Shown here one piece after another: positions 36,778 to 46,313 of a DNA stretch of 64,000 nt (position 1 is the stretch's first letter; each line of letters begins with the position of its first letter). A program made the position numbers and the translations under genes. The stretch is taken from assembly GCA_017651625.1 (NCBI GenBank), contig JAGCCP010000058.1:12585-76584 (forward strand). The letters are read 5' to 3'. Below the pieces are notes generated by a model. It was not told the origin of the DNA, ran no database searches, and saw only the letters and a program-made list of their open reading frames with translations. Source of the stretch: Candidatus Ruminimicrobiellum bubulum (GTDB lineage: Bacteria > Elusimicrobiota > Endomicrobiia > Endomicrobiales > Endomicrobiaceae).

Positions 36778-37926
36778 ATGAAAAATTTATTCATATATAC
36801 GTTTGGATGTAAGATTAATCAATATGAAAGTCAAATAATAAGAGAAAAATATTGTTTGAAAGATTATGTTTATGTAGATAACTTCGAACAAGCAGACGTT
36901 ATCATTATAAATTCTTGTTCGGTTACCGCTCATGCGGATAAACAATGTGAACAGATAATAAAAAAATTTCATACCAAAAACGAAAAAGCAAGAATTATTT
37001 TAACCGGTTGTTTCGCTAAAGTTGCAAAGGAAAAAATATTGCAAAAATTTCCTTTTCTTGAAATCTTGATGAAAGAGGAAATTTTAAAAGACAGTGAACA
37101 AAAAATAAATACTTTCGATAATCATTCAAGAGCATTTATAAAAATTCAAGACGGTTGTAACAGCTTTTGTTCCTATTGTATAGTTCCTTATGCAAGAGAT
37201 ATCATGTGGTCAAAACCGGTAGAAAAAATAATAGAAGAAATAAACAATTTAACGGATATCGGTTACAGCGAAATTGTTCTTACCGGAATACATATAGGAA
37301 AATATGATAAAGGAATTTCGTATCTTTTATCACAAATATATAAAAACATAAATAAACTTTTTAGAATAAGGTTATCTTCTATAGAAGTTAATGAAATAAC
37401 AGACGAATTAATAGAAATAATGAAAACGGAAAAGGAAAGATTTTGTCATCATTTACATATTCCTTTACAGTCTGCTTCAGATAATGTTTTAAAGGATATG
37501 AACAGAAAATATTTGTCTAAAGATTTCTTAGATAAAATGAATTTGCTCAAGCAAAACTTTAACGATATATCCATAACTACAGATGTTATATGCGGTTTTC
37601 CTACCGAAACAGATAAAGATTTTGATATAACATATAATTTTTTAAAAGATAACGAATTTGCAAGGTTACATGTGTTTCCTTTTTCAGCGAGACAAGGAAC
37701 AAAGGCTTATTCATTGAAACAAGTTTATAAAAACGGACAATCTAAAATAAGAACGAATAAACTTTTAAATTTAAGTAAAGAATTGGAACAGTCCTATTTT
37801 AATAAGTTTGTTGGTACTAAAAGAAAGGCGGTTTCTTTAAGAGGGAACAAAGCCCTTACGGATAACTATTTAACTATAGAAAATATAGAAAAACATAGTG
37901 GTATATTTGAAGTAGAGGTAAAATAA
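36778..37926 (+). CDS. mtaB: Radical-SAM tRNA methylthiotransferase (MiaB-like, MtaB family)
   Basis: UPF0004 N-terminal domain (TFGCKINQYES, INSCSVT) and radical SAM motif CNSFCSYCIVP. Confidence 0.8.
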   Translation: MKNLFIYTFGCKINQYESQIIREKYCLKDYVYVDNFEQADVIIINSCSVTAHADKQCEQIIKKFHTKNEKARIILTGCFAKVAKEKILQKFPFLEILMKEEILKDSEQKINTFDNHSRAFIKIQDGCNSFCSYCIVPYARDIMWSKPVEKIIEEINNLTDIGYSEIVLTGIHIGKYDKGISYLLSQIYKNINKLFRIRLSSIEVNEITDELIEIMKTEKERFCHHLHIPLQSASDNVLKDMNRKYLSKDFLDKMNLLKQNFNDISITTDVICGFPTETDKDFDITYNFLKDNEFARLHVFPFSARQGTKAYSLKQVYKNGQSKIRTNKLLNLSKELEQSYFNKFVGTKRKAVSLRGNKALTDNYLTIENIEKHSGIFEVEVK

Positions 37927-38034
37927 TCTAAAATCGGTTTGACAATAAAATTATATTTTTATAACATTTCTTTTGTATTTATGTAGGGAAAAATAAGCAA
38001 GACTTATTTTAATATCAAATTGGAGGCAGTTAAA

Positions 38035-39108
38035 ATGTCAGTAAAAGTTGCAATTAACGGATTCGGAAGAATCGGAAGATTAGCATTCAGACAAATGTTT
38101 GGTGCAAAAGGTTACGAAGTTGTTGCTATCAACGATTTGACAAGTCCTAAGATGTTGGCTCACTTGTTGAAGTATGATTCAGCTCAAGGCGGATATTGCG
38201 GTAAATTCGGTGAAGAAGCAAAACACACAGTATCTTATAAAGAAGCTGTATTAGCAGAAGATGGTAAAACAGTTAAGGAATTCGGTTCAATAACTGTTGA
38301 TGGAAAAGAAATTACAATCTATGCAATTCCTAAAGCAAACGAATTACCTTGGGGAAAATTAGGTGTTGACGTTGTTTTGGAATGTACAGGTTTCTATACA
38401 TCAAAAGCAAAAGCACAAGCTCACATTGATGCAGGTGCTAAAAAAGTTGTTATTTCTGCTCCAGCAGGAAACGACTTACCTACAATCGTTTACAATGTAA
38501 ACCACAAAATCTTGAAAAAAGAAGATAAAATCATATCAGCAGCTTCTTGTACAACAAACTGCTTGGCACCTATGACAAAAGCTTTGAATGATTATGCTCC
38601 TATACAGTCCGGAATCATGACAACAGTTCATGCTTATACCGGAGACCAAATGATTCTTGATGGTCCGCAAAGAAAAGGTGATGTTCAAAGAGCAAGAGGC
38701 GGAGCAATTAACATTGTTCCTAACTCAACAGGTGCTGCAAAAGCTATCGGTTTGGTTATCCCTGAATTGAACGGAAAATTAATCGGTGCTGCACAAAGAG
38801 TTCCAACAGCAACAGGTTCAACAACAATTCTTCACGCAGTTGTTAAAGGAAAAGATGTTACCGTTGAAGGAATCAATGCAGCTATGAAAGCTCAAGCTAA
38901 CGAATCATTCGGTTATACAGAAGAAAAATTAGTTTCTTCAGATATCATTGGTATGAGATTCGGTTCATTGTTTGATGCTAACCAAACAATGGTTGCAAAA
39001 ATTGATGACGATACATATCAAGTTCAAGTTGTTTCTTGGTATGATAACGAAAACAGCTATACAAGCCAAATGGTTAGAACAATTAAGTTTTTTGCAGAAT
39101 TGAACTAA
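38035..39108 (+). CDS. gap: Glyceraldehyde-3-phosphate dehydrogenase
   Basis: [18 protein letters not shown] and WYDNE motifs. GGAGG SD lies before ATG 38035 (the track start 38020 is a TTG). Confidence 0.95.
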   Translation: MSVKVAINGFGRIGRLAFRQMFGAKGYEVVAINDLTSPKMLAHLLKYDSAQGGYCGKFGEEAKHTVSYKEAVLAEDGKTVKEFGSITVDGKEITIYAIPKANELPWGKLGVDVVLECTGFYTSKAKAQAHIDAGAKKVVISAPAGNDLPTIVYNVNHKILKKEDKIISAASCTTNCLAPMTKALNDYAPIQSGIMTTVHAYTGDQMILDGPQRKGDVQRARGGAINIVPNSTGAAKAIGLVIPELNGKLIGAAQRVPTATGSTTILHAVVKGKDVTVEGINAAMKAQANESFGYTEEKLVSSDIIGMRFGSLFDANQTMVAKIDDDTYQVQVVSWYDNENSYTSQMVRTIKFFAELN

Positions 39109-39145
39109 TAAAATTGGTTTAGCTTAAATAGTCTTAATTTATATT

Positions 39146-39189
39146 GGGTTCAGTCTGATTATTTTTAATACGGCTGAACCCGATTTTTT
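39146..39189 (+). terminator. Rho-independent terminator after gap
   Basis: Stem GGGTTCAG/CTGAACCC followed by GATTTTTT. Confidence 0.7.
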
Positions 39190-39203
39190 GAGAGGAGAAA
39201 ACA

Positions 39204-40451
39204 ATGTTAAACAAAAAGACTGTAGATGATTTAAAAGACATTGCAGGTAAAAAGGTTTTAGTAAGATGCGATTTTAATGTTCCTTTAAAACAAGGCGTAA
39301 TTCAAAATTATAAAAGAATAGATGCTGCTCTTCCTACAATAAAAAAATTGTTGGAACAAAAAGCAAAAGTTATTCTTTGTTCTCATATGGGAAAACCGAA
39401 AGGTGAACCGTTACCTGAACTTTCACTTGCTCCTGTAGCAGTTGCTTTAAGTGAAAGATTAGGTGTAACAGTAAAATTCGCAGACGATCCTAAAGTTACA
39501 AGCGATTCAACAAAACAAATGGCAAAAGATTTGAAAGAAGGTGAAGTATTACTTCTTCAAAATACAAGATATAGAAAAGAAGAAACAAAATTGGAAAAAG
39601 ATGAAACCGCAATAAAGTTTGCAGAAGAATTGGCAGCACTTTGCGATAACGAAATATTTGTTAACGATGCATTCGGAACAGCTCACAGAGCACATTGTTC
39701 AAATGTTGGTGTTACAAAATTCGTTAAAGAATCTGCAGCAGGATACTTGGTAGAAAAAGAAATTAAGTTTTTGGGAGATGCTTTGAATGCTCCTGTAAAA
39801 CCTTTCTTGGCTATCTTGGGCGGTGCAAAAGTTTCCGATAAAATAAACGTTATTGAAAATCTTTTAGGAAAAGTTGATGCTATTATAATCGGCGGAGCAA
39901 TGGCATACACATTCTTAAAGGCACAAGGATACAAGACGGGAAAATCTTTGGTTGAAGAAGATAAACTCGATTTAGCAAAAAGTTTGTTGAAGAAGGCTGA
40001 AGATAAAGGTGTAAAATTTTTGTTACCTATAGATCATGTTATAGCAACAGCAGTAGACTTTGAAAAGAAAGAAGTTCCTGCCGGTGCAACAGTAAAAAAT
40101 ACAGACGGATTAGATATTGAAGACGGATTTATGGGTGTAGATGCAGGTCCTAAATCAATAGCGAAATTCAGTGAAATAGTAAAATCCGCAAAGACAATAG
40201 TTTGGAACGGTCCTTTGGGAATATTCGAAGTTCCTGAATTTTCTAAAGGAACAGTTGAAATTGCAAAGTTAGTTGCAGCAGCAACAGACAACGGTGCAAT
40301 ATCAGTAGTTGGTGGAGGAGATTCTGTATCTGCAGTTAAAAAAGCTGGTGTAGATAAAAGAATTTCTCATGTTTCTACAGGTGGTGGAGCATCCTTGGAA
40401 TTTTTAGAAGGAAAAGATTTGCCGGGTATAGCAGCATTGCCAACAAAATAA
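39204..40451 (+). CDS. pgk: Phosphoglycerate kinase
   Basis: [18 protein letters not shown], and a C-terminal [13 protein letters not shown]. Confidence 0.97.
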   Translation: MLNKKTVDDLKDIAGKKVLVRCDFNVPLKQGVIQNYKRIDAALPTIKKLLEQKAKVILCSHMGKPKGEPLPELSLAPVAVALSERLGVTVKFADDPKVTSDSTKQMAKDLKEGEVLLLQNTRYRKEETKLEKDETAIKFAEELAALCDNEIFVNDAFGTAHRAHCSNVGVTKFVKESAAGYLVEKEIKFLGDALNAPVKPFLAILGGAKVSDKINVIENLLGKVDAIIIGGAMAYTFLKAQGYKTGKSLVEEDKLDLAKSLLKKAEDKGVKFLLPIDHVIATAVDFEKKEVPAGATVKNTDGLDIEDGFMGVDAGPKSIAKFSEIVKSAKTIVWNGPLGIFEVPEFSKGTVEIAKLVAAATDNGAISVVGGGDSVSAVKKAGVDKRISHVSTGGGASLEFLEGKDLPGIAALPTK

Positions 40452-40468
40452 AAATTTTATATAATTTT

Positions 40469-40498
40469 GTCCTGCATAATAAAAATATTGTGCAGGAC
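40469..40498. other. 8-bp hairpin after pgk (GTCCTGCA/TGCAGGAC) with no downstream T run
   Basis: Read directly from the sequence. It is followed by an A run, so it is not a canonical intrinsic terminator on the + strand. Confidence 0.3.
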
Positions 40499-40509
40499 AA
40501 AAAAAGTAC

Positions 40510-40538
40510 TTGCAAGAAAAAATTTTTTTTGATACAAT
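40510..40538 (+). promoter_or_regulatory. Sigma70-like promoter candidate for secG
   Basis: TTGCAA, a 17-nt spacer, then TACAAT. The -10 ends 9 nt before the secG ATG. Confidence 0.4.
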
Positions 40539-40547
40539 ACAATAATT

Positions 40548-40853
40548 ATGATACTTTATTACATTATAGTAACATTACACTTTATAGTTTGTGCAGCATT
40601 GATTGTTATAGTTCTTCTCCAAGCAGGAAAGAGCGGCGGAATGGCCGGTATTTTCGGCGGCGGAGGATCTGATCAAATATTTAGTGCTCCGAGTGGAATG
40701 GCATTTATAAAAAAGCTTACTGTAGGTTGTGCTATAGTTTTTATGGTAACATCTCTTACATTAACTTTGATGTCTTCAAGAATGAGCATGAAGTCAGTTA
40801 TTGATCAGGTTTCAAATATACCTATAGCTGCTACTCAGCAGCCTGGTGAATAG
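40548..40853 (+). CDS. secG: Preprotein translocase subunit SecG
   Basis: About 100 aa with two TM helices and the LLQAGKSGGMAGIFGGGGS motif. Confidence 0.85.
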   Translation: MILYYIIVTLHFIVCAALIVIVLLQAGKSGGMAGIFGGGGSDQIFSAPSGMAFIKKLTVGCAIVFMVTSLTLTLMSSRMSMKSVIDQVSNIPIAATQQPGE

Positions 40854-40860
40854 GCAGATT

Positions 40861-40942
40861 GCTGGGGTGGCGGAACTGGCATACGCGCACGCTTGAGGTG
40901 CGTGTCCTTAACCGGGTACGGGTTCAATTCCCGTCCCCAGCA
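40861..40942 (+). tRNA. tRNA-Leu (anticodon GAG), class II with a long variable arm
   Basis: Acceptor GCTGGGG/CCCCAGC, anticodon stem CACGC/GCGTG with loop TTGAGGT, T arm ACGGG-TTCAATT-CCCGT. No encoded CCA. Confidence 0.85.
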
Positions 40943-40957
40943 TACTAAAGGAAAAAT

Positions 40958-41029
40958 GCGGGCATAGCTCAGTGGTAGAGCGTCTCGTTGCCAACGAGAA
41001 TGTCGTGGGTTCAAGTCCCATTGCCCGCT
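40958..41029 (+). tRNA. tRNA-Gly (anticodon GCC)
   Basis: Acceptor GCGGGCA/TGCCCGC, anticodon stem TCTCG/CGAGA with loop TTGCCAA, T arm GTGGG-TTCAAGT-CCCAT. No encoded CCA. Confidence 0.9.
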
Positions 41030-41047
41030 CTTGAATATAAAATCAAA

Positions 41048-41075
41048 ATTCAGTCGAAAGACTGAATTTTTTTTG
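41048..41075 (+). terminator. Rho-independent terminator after the tRNA pair
   Basis: Stem ATTCAGTC/GACTGAAT with a GAAA tetraloop and a T run. Confidence 0.75.
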
Positions 41076-41095
41076 TCCTAAAAAAACATAGAAAA

Positions 41096-42085
41096 TTATT
41101 TGTTAAATAATAGGAAAAGTTTTTTTATTAAAAGGAATATAATACAAAGAGGCAATTCGATTAATATCGCGAAATACATATAAATATTTGTCTTATAATC
41201 TTTTATAAAATCGAAAAAACTGTTTACTTTAAAGAAATGATTTTTAGAAGTTAAATTAAGAGCCAACATCGGAATTAAAACTTTAATCAATACTTTTCTT
41301 TTTTCCTTTTCATATGATTTTTTTGATATCAATCCATTGTTTAGATAATATTCATATATTTCTAAATATTTTTTTCCGTGAACATTAAAAGCGTCTACGG
41401 TTCCTTCTTTTTTTATTCTGAAAGGATTATAAAAGTTTTTAATATAAACAGTTGCTCTTTTATACTTGTTTAATATATCTAATGTCCAATCTACCTGCAT
41501 GAATTGATTGTATAAAAATTTATCTTTATTCCCTATTGATTCAAAATGTTCTTTCCAACAGCCGAAATTTGCAATCCAAGTGGAAGCGGTTGAAATAGTA
41601 TTTATAAAATCATCAATATTATTAAAATGAAATTCTTTCAGCGGTTCTTTTAATTTAAACAGTTTGTTTAGATTTTTGGAAATTTGATTATGAATTAAAG
41701 AATGAAAAAAAACAGGTTCTTTAGTGTCGATATTTTCTTTGATTTTGCTTAATATAATTTTTAAAGTATCTTGTTTAAACCCTACTATATCATTGTTTAA
41801 TTTTAAATATTCACCCGAACCCAAAGATAATGCTTCTATAAAATTTCTATCGGCAAACTCTGTAGGTACGGATCTTTTAAAATAACGAATATTTTTATAT
41901 TTATCTGTCCATTCTTTTATAATTTCGGATGTATCATCTGTTGAACAATTGTCGGAAATAACAATTTCGACATCGTCTTCATTAAATCCTTCACTCTCGA
42001 CTATAGATTTAATAGTTTCAATTAAATATTTTGAACGGTTATATGTTGGAATGCAAATTGATAACAAAGGTGTTTTTTTATTCAA
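41096..42085 (-). CDS. Glycosyltransferase family 2
   Basis: LSICIPTYNR...ISDNCSTDDT (GT-A fold, DxD region). C-terminal TM helix. Confidence 0.85.
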   Translation of the reverse strand: MNKKTPLLSICIPTYNRSKYLIETIKSIVESEGFNEDDVEIVISDNCSTDDTSEIIKEWTDKYKNIRYFKRSVPTEFADRNFIEALSLGSGEYLKLNNDIVGFKQDTLKIILSKIKENIDTKEPVFFHSLIHNQISKNLNKLFKLKEPLKEFHFNNIDDFINTISTASTWIANFGCWKEHFESIGNKDKFLYNQFMQVDWTLDILNKYKRATVYIKNFYNPFRIKKEGTVDAFNVHGKKYLEIYEYYLNNGLISKKSYEKEKRKVLIKVLIPMLALNLTSKNHFFKVNSFFDFIKDYKTNIYMYFAILIELPLCIIFLLIKKLFLLFNK

Positions 42086-42173
42086 AATTTTTTTACCTTT
42101 AACTGTTTTATTTATAGCAATTTATGTTTTTTTTATATATAATTTATTAAATTATATTATAATAGGAGTCAAA

Positions 42174-42962
42174 ATGAAAGTAGTTATTTTGGCCGGTGGT
42201 TTTGGAACAAGATTGTCGGAAGAAACAACTTTAATACCTAAACCGTTAGTAGAAATAGGCGGCAAACCTATTTTGTGGCATATAATGAAAATTTATTCCT
42301 ATTACGGTTTCAACGATTTTATTATTCTTACCGGATATAAATCTCACCTAATAAAAGATTATTTTATAAATTATTATAATCGTTATTCCGATATCACGAT
42401 AGATATGTCGACAAATTCTGTCGAAATTCATAAAACGTATACGGAGCCGTGGAAAGTTACTGTTTTATATACAGGACAAAATACAATGACCGGCTCAAGA
42501 ATCAAAAAAGCTCAAGAATATATCGGTAAAGAACAATTTTTGTTAACTTATGGGGATGGTGTTGCCGATATTAATATACAAGATTTAATAAAAGCGCATA
42601 ATAATTCAAAAAAAATAATCACAATGACGGCAGTTCAACAAACCGGCAGATTCGGTGCTTTAGTAATAAAAGATAATAATATGATTACATCTTTTATGGA
42701 AAAGCCAAAGGGTGAAGAAAGTTGGATTAACGGTGGCTTTTTTGTTTGTCAACCTGAAGTTTTTAATTATATTCCTGATAATGACGATAATATAATTTTT
42801 GAAAGAGCTCCTCTTGAAAATTTAGCAAAAGATAATCAATTAAATGCTTTTAAACATTTTGGCTTTTGGAAACCTATGGATACGTTAAGAGAAAAAGAAG
42901 AATTAACCGATATGTGGCAAAAAGGAAAAGCTCCTTGGTCAGTTTGGCTTAACAAAAAATGA
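42174..42962 (+). CDS. rfbF: Glucose-1-phosphate cytidylyltransferase
   Basis: MKVVILAGGFGTRLSEET..IPKPLVEIGGKPILWHIM is the hallmark N-terminus. AGGAG SD lies before ATG 42174; the upstream extension in the track is an artefact. Confidence 0.92.
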   Translation: MKVVILAGGFGTRLSEETTLIPKPLVEIGGKPILWHIMKIYSYYGFNDFIILTGYKSHLIKDYFINYYNRYSDITIDMSTNSVEIHKTYTEPWKVTVLYTGQNTMTGSRIKKAQEYIGKEQFLLTYGDGVADINIQDLIKAHNNSKKIITMTAVQQTGRFGALVIKDNNMITSFMEKPKGEESWINGGFFVCQPEVFNYIPDNDDNIIFERAPLENLAKDNQLNAFKHFGFWKPMDTLREKEELTDMWQKGKAPWSVWLNKK

Positions 42963-44035
42963 TGATGTTTAATAATATATATAAAAATAAAAAAGTTTTA
43001 GTTACAGGTCATACCGGGTTTAAAGGCACTTGGCTTTGCTTGTGGTTGGAAATGTTAGGTGCAAAAGTCATAGGTTATTCAATTGATATTCCTACCAAAC
43101 CTTCATTATTTGAATTAACAAAACCGAAATGTGTTGATATCAGAGCAGACATAAATGATTTTAAAAAATTAAAATCCGTAATAAAAAAATATAAACCGGA
43201 AATAATATTTCATTTGGCAGCACAACCGTTGGTAAGATTATCTTACGAAGAAACTTTAAATACTTTTAACACAAATGTCATAGGAACAGCAAATGTTTTA
43301 GAAGCAGTAAAAGAAAATAAATTCGTTAAAGCTGTAGTTGCGATTACAACCGATAAAGTATATCTTAACAACGAGACCGGAAAAGCATTTAAAGAAACGG
43401 ATTCTTTAGGCGGTTACGATCCTTACAGTGCATCGAAAGCAGCTTGTGAAATAGTAATTTCTTCTTATAGAAACTCTTTTTTTAACTTAAAAGATTATAA
43501 AAGAACACATAATACTTTAATTGCTTCCGCAAGAGCGGGAAATGTTATCGGTGGCGGAGATTTTGCAAAAGACAGATTAATACCGGACTTTATTAAAGCC
43601 GTTCTTTTCGCTAAAAAATTAGAAATAAGAAGCCCGCAGGCAATAAGACCGTGGCAGCATGTTTTAGAGCCTGTTAGCGGTTATTTAATGTTAGGCGCAA
43701 ATTTATTAAAAGGTAATAAACAGTTTGCACAAGCTTGGAATTTCGGACCTGAAAAAAAAGATACAAAAACCGTGGAACAGATAGTTAAAATTTTATGCAA
43801 AAATTTTGTTGGTTCTAAATATACTGTAACCAAAACCAAACAACCACACGAAGCACATTATTTAAAATTGGATATATCAAAAGCAAAAAAAGAGTTGAAA
43901 TGGGTTCCGAGATGGAACATAAATACTGCTCTAAATAAAATAGCAGATTGGACAAAATCATATCAACAAAAAAAAGACATGAAAAAAGTTTGTGTTGAAC
44001 AAATAAAAGAATTTTGCAAAACAAAAAAATGTTGA
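42959..44035 (+). CDS. rfbG: CDP-glucose 4,6-dehydratase
   Basis: VLVTGHTGFKGTWL, YSASKAACE (YxxxK), IRPWQHVLEP. ATGA start/stop overlap with rfbF. Confidence 0.9.
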   Translation: MMMFNNIYKNKKVLVTGHTGFKGTWLCLWLEMLGAKVIGYSIDIPTKPSLFELTKPKCVDIRADINDFKKLKSVIKKYKPEIIFHLAAQPLVRLSYEETLNTFNTNVIGTANVLEAVKENKFVKAVVAITTDKVYLNNETGKAFKETDSLGGYDPYSASKAACEIVISSYRNSFFNLKDYKRTHNTLIASARAGNVIGGGDFAKDRLIPDFIKAVLFAKKLEIRSPQAIRPWQHVLEPVSGYLMLGANLLKGNKQFAQAWNFGPEKKDTKTVEQIVKILCKNFVGSKYTVTKTKQPHEAHYLKLDISKAKKELKWVPRWNINTALNKIADWTKSYQQKKDMKKVCVEQIKEFCKTKKC

Positions 44036-44053
44036 AAATTTTTGGAAAAAAAC

Positions 44054-45418
44054 ATGAATAAAAACGATACATTAAGAAATTCAGTAAAAAAAGCAGCAAT
44101 TCAGTATTTTAAACATAATAATTCTAAAAGAGATTTGAAAAAATATATTCCCGTTTCAGGTAAAGTTTTGGATGAAAAAGACTTATGTAATTTAATAGAT
44201 GCTTCTCTTGATATGTGGCTTACTACCGGTAGATTCAACGATGAATTTGAAAAAGAATTTGCCAAATTTTTAGGTGTAAAATATGCACTTACAACAAATT
44301 CCGGTTCAAGTGCTAACCTTTTGGCACTGTCGGCATTAACTTCCTATAAACTGGGCAAAAAACAAATAAAAAAAAGAGATGAAGTTATAACAGTTGCTTC
44401 CGGCTTTCCTACTACGATAAATCCGATAATTCAGTTGGGACTTGTTCCCGTATTTGTAGATTGTAAGCCGGAAACTTGTAACATAGATGAAAATAAAATT
44501 GAAGAAGCAATAACAAAGAAAACAAAAGCAATATTTATTGCTCACACGTTAGGTAACCCTTTTAATTTAGATAAAGTTTTAAAAATATGTAAAAAATATA
44601 ATTTGTGGCTTATTGAGGATAGTTGCGATGCTCTCGGTGCAACTTACAAAGAACAGAAAGTTGGAACAGTGGGCCACGTAGGAACTTTTAGTTTTTATCC
44701 TGCACATCATATAACTATGGGTGAAGGTGGAGCCGTTGTAACTAACGATTCTCAATTGTATAGAATAATAATGTCTTTTAGAGATTGGGGGAGAGATTGT
44801 TGGTGTAAACCGGGGAAAGATAACAGTTGCGGAAAAAGATTTTCTATGCAATGCGGGAAACTTCCTTTTGGATACGACCATAAATATACATATTCTCATA
44901 TAGGTTACAACTTAAAAATAACGGATTTTCAGGCGGCGGTAGGTTTAAGTCAATTAAAAAAACTTCCTAAGTTTTTAGAAAAAAGAACACAAAATGCAAA
45001 TTATTTGATAAACAAATTAAAAGATTTAAAAGATTATTTTATATTTCCTAAAAGCGAAAAGAATACAGAACCGTCTTGGTTTGGACTTTTGCTAAGTGTA
45101 AAACAAAATAATAAATTCACAAAACAACAACTTGTTGAATATTTGGAACAAAACGGAGTAGGAACAAGACAGCTTTTTGCAGGGAATATTTTAAGACAAC
45201 CTATGATGACGGAAAACAATGTTCCTTTAAAGATAGGTAAATCTCCTTTGTTGATGTCAAACAAATTAACCGAAAAAGAATACAAAAAGTTACCCAATAC
45301 GGAATACATAATGAACAACACTTTTTGGGTAGGTGTATTTCCTGAACTCGGTAAAAAAGAAATGGATAAAATTTCCAAATTGATTCACAAGTTTATAAAA
45401 AATAAAATGGAAAACTAA
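44054..45418 (+). CDS. rfbH: CDP-6-deoxy-L-threo-D-glycero-4-hexulose-3-dehydrase (E1; DegT/DnrJ/EryC1 family, PMP and [2Fe-2S] dependent)
   Basis: The aminotransferase Lys is replaced by His in SFYPAHHITMGEGG. An exact C-x57-C-x1-C-x7-C cysteine motif (DSC...DCWCKPGKDNSC) is characteristic of E1. Confidence 0.9.
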   Translation: MNKNDTLRNSVKKAAIQYFKHNNSKRDLKKYIPVSGKVLDEKDLCNLIDASLDMWLTTGRFNDEFEKEFAKFLGVKYALTTNSGSSANLLALSALTSYKLGKKQIKKRDEVITVASGFPTTINPIIQLGLVPVFVDCKPETCNIDENKIEEAITKKTKAIFIAHTLGNPFNLDKVLKICKKYNLWLIEDSCDALGATYKEQKVGTVGHVGTFSFYPAHHITMGEGGAVVTNDSQLYRIIMSFRDWGRDCWCKPGKDNSCGKRFSMQCGKLPFGYDHKYTYSHIGYNLKITDFQAAVGLSQLKKLPKFLEKRTQNANYLINKLKDLKDYFIFPKSEKNTEPSWFGLLLSVKQNNKFTKQQLVEYLEQNGVGTRQLFAGNILRQPMMTENNVPLKIGKSPLLMSNKLTEKEYKKLPNTEYIMNNTFWVGVFPELGKKEMDKISKLIHKFIKNKMEN

Positions 45419-45419
45419 T

Positions 45420-46313
45420 ATGTTAAATAAAAATAAAACTATTCTAGTTACAGGAGCTACAGGATATTTAGGAAATAGATTAAGTAAAAGATTATTAGAT
45501 GATGGATATAACATAATTGCGGTATGTTTAAATCATAATGAAATATTTTCTTTTGATAAAAAAAAGTATAAAAATAGAGTAAAAAAAGTTTTTTTATCAG
45601 ATTCAAGTGTAGAGGAAATATTTAAAAAATGTAAAATAAATGGGGTAATTCATACAGCTACACTTTATGGTCGATCGGAAGAGCAGATTGTAGATATTAT
45701 TAAAGCGAATGTTGTTTTTCCTGTAGAAATAATTTTTAATGCAGTAAAAAATAATGTAGATTTTTTTATAAATACTGACACGATTTTAAATAAATATATT
45801 AGTCCTTACGCTCTTACTAAAAGCAATGTTATCGAATGGATGAAAATGTATTCAGATAGTATAAAAATGATAGATATTAAATTGGATCATTTTTATGGGC
45901 CAAAAGATAAAAATATAAAATTTGTTGCAGCCATGCTTGAGAAACTTTTAAATAATGAAGAAGAAATAGATTTAACCGAAGGAACTCAAACAAGAGATTT
46001 TATTTATATAGATGACGTTATAGAAGCTTATAGTATAATATTGAAAAATATTAACAAAATATCTGTTGGGCAAGTTTCTGTTTTCGAAGTTGGGACAAAT
46101 GTAAAAACTAGTATTAGATATATCGTTAAAAAATTAAAAGATTTGACTGGAGCTAAAACAAAACTTAATTTTGGATCTATTCCTTATAGAAAAAATGAAA
46201 TGCTCGATTATGAAATTAATACCACGGCAATAAGACTTCTTGGTTGGAAACCAAAAATTGTTATAGATAAAGGATTGTTAAATATAGTTGAAGCAGAAAA
46301 GGATAGTATATGA
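45420..46313 (+). CDS. NAD(P)-dependent sugar reductase of the SDR family (CDP-paratose/abequose synthase-like)
   Basis: VTGATGYLGNRL Rossmann motif, YALTK catalytic YxxxK, about 297 aa. Its position between rfbH and the 2-epimerase supports the call. Confidence 0.7.
   Translation: MLNKNKTILVTGATGYLGNRLSKRLLDDGYNIIAVCLNHNEIFSFDKKKYKNRVKKVFLSDSSVEEIFKKCKINGVIHTATLYGRSEEQIVDIIKANVVFPVEIIFNAVKNNVDFFINTDTILNKYISPYALTKSNVIEWMKMYSDSIKMIDIKLDHFYGPKDKNIKFVAAMLEKLLNNEEEIDLTEGTQTRDFIYIDDVIEAYSIILKNINKISVGQVSVFEVGTNVKTSIRYIVKKLKDLTGAKTKLNFGSIPYRKNEMLDYEINTTAIRLLGWKPKIVIDKGLLNIVEAEKDSI

Noticed and set aside
40490-40672. A 60-aa ORF overlapping the secG start in another frame
   Set aside because: The SecG frame has the family's LLQ.GK..G signature. 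The alternative frame is R/S-rich and begins inside the pgk hairpin.
40861-41095. The tRNA-Leu/tRNA-Gly pair as an integration site of a mobile island
   Set aside because: There is no integrase, no partial tRNA duplicate or direct repeat, and no phage or transposon genes anywhere in the adjacent cluster. Only the compositional impression remains.
41949-42173. A 75-codon N-terminal extension of rfbF in the ORF track
   Set aside because: It overlaps the divergent GT2 gene. The conserved cytidylyltransferase N-terminus MKVVILAGG starts at ATG 42174 and is preceded by AGGAG.
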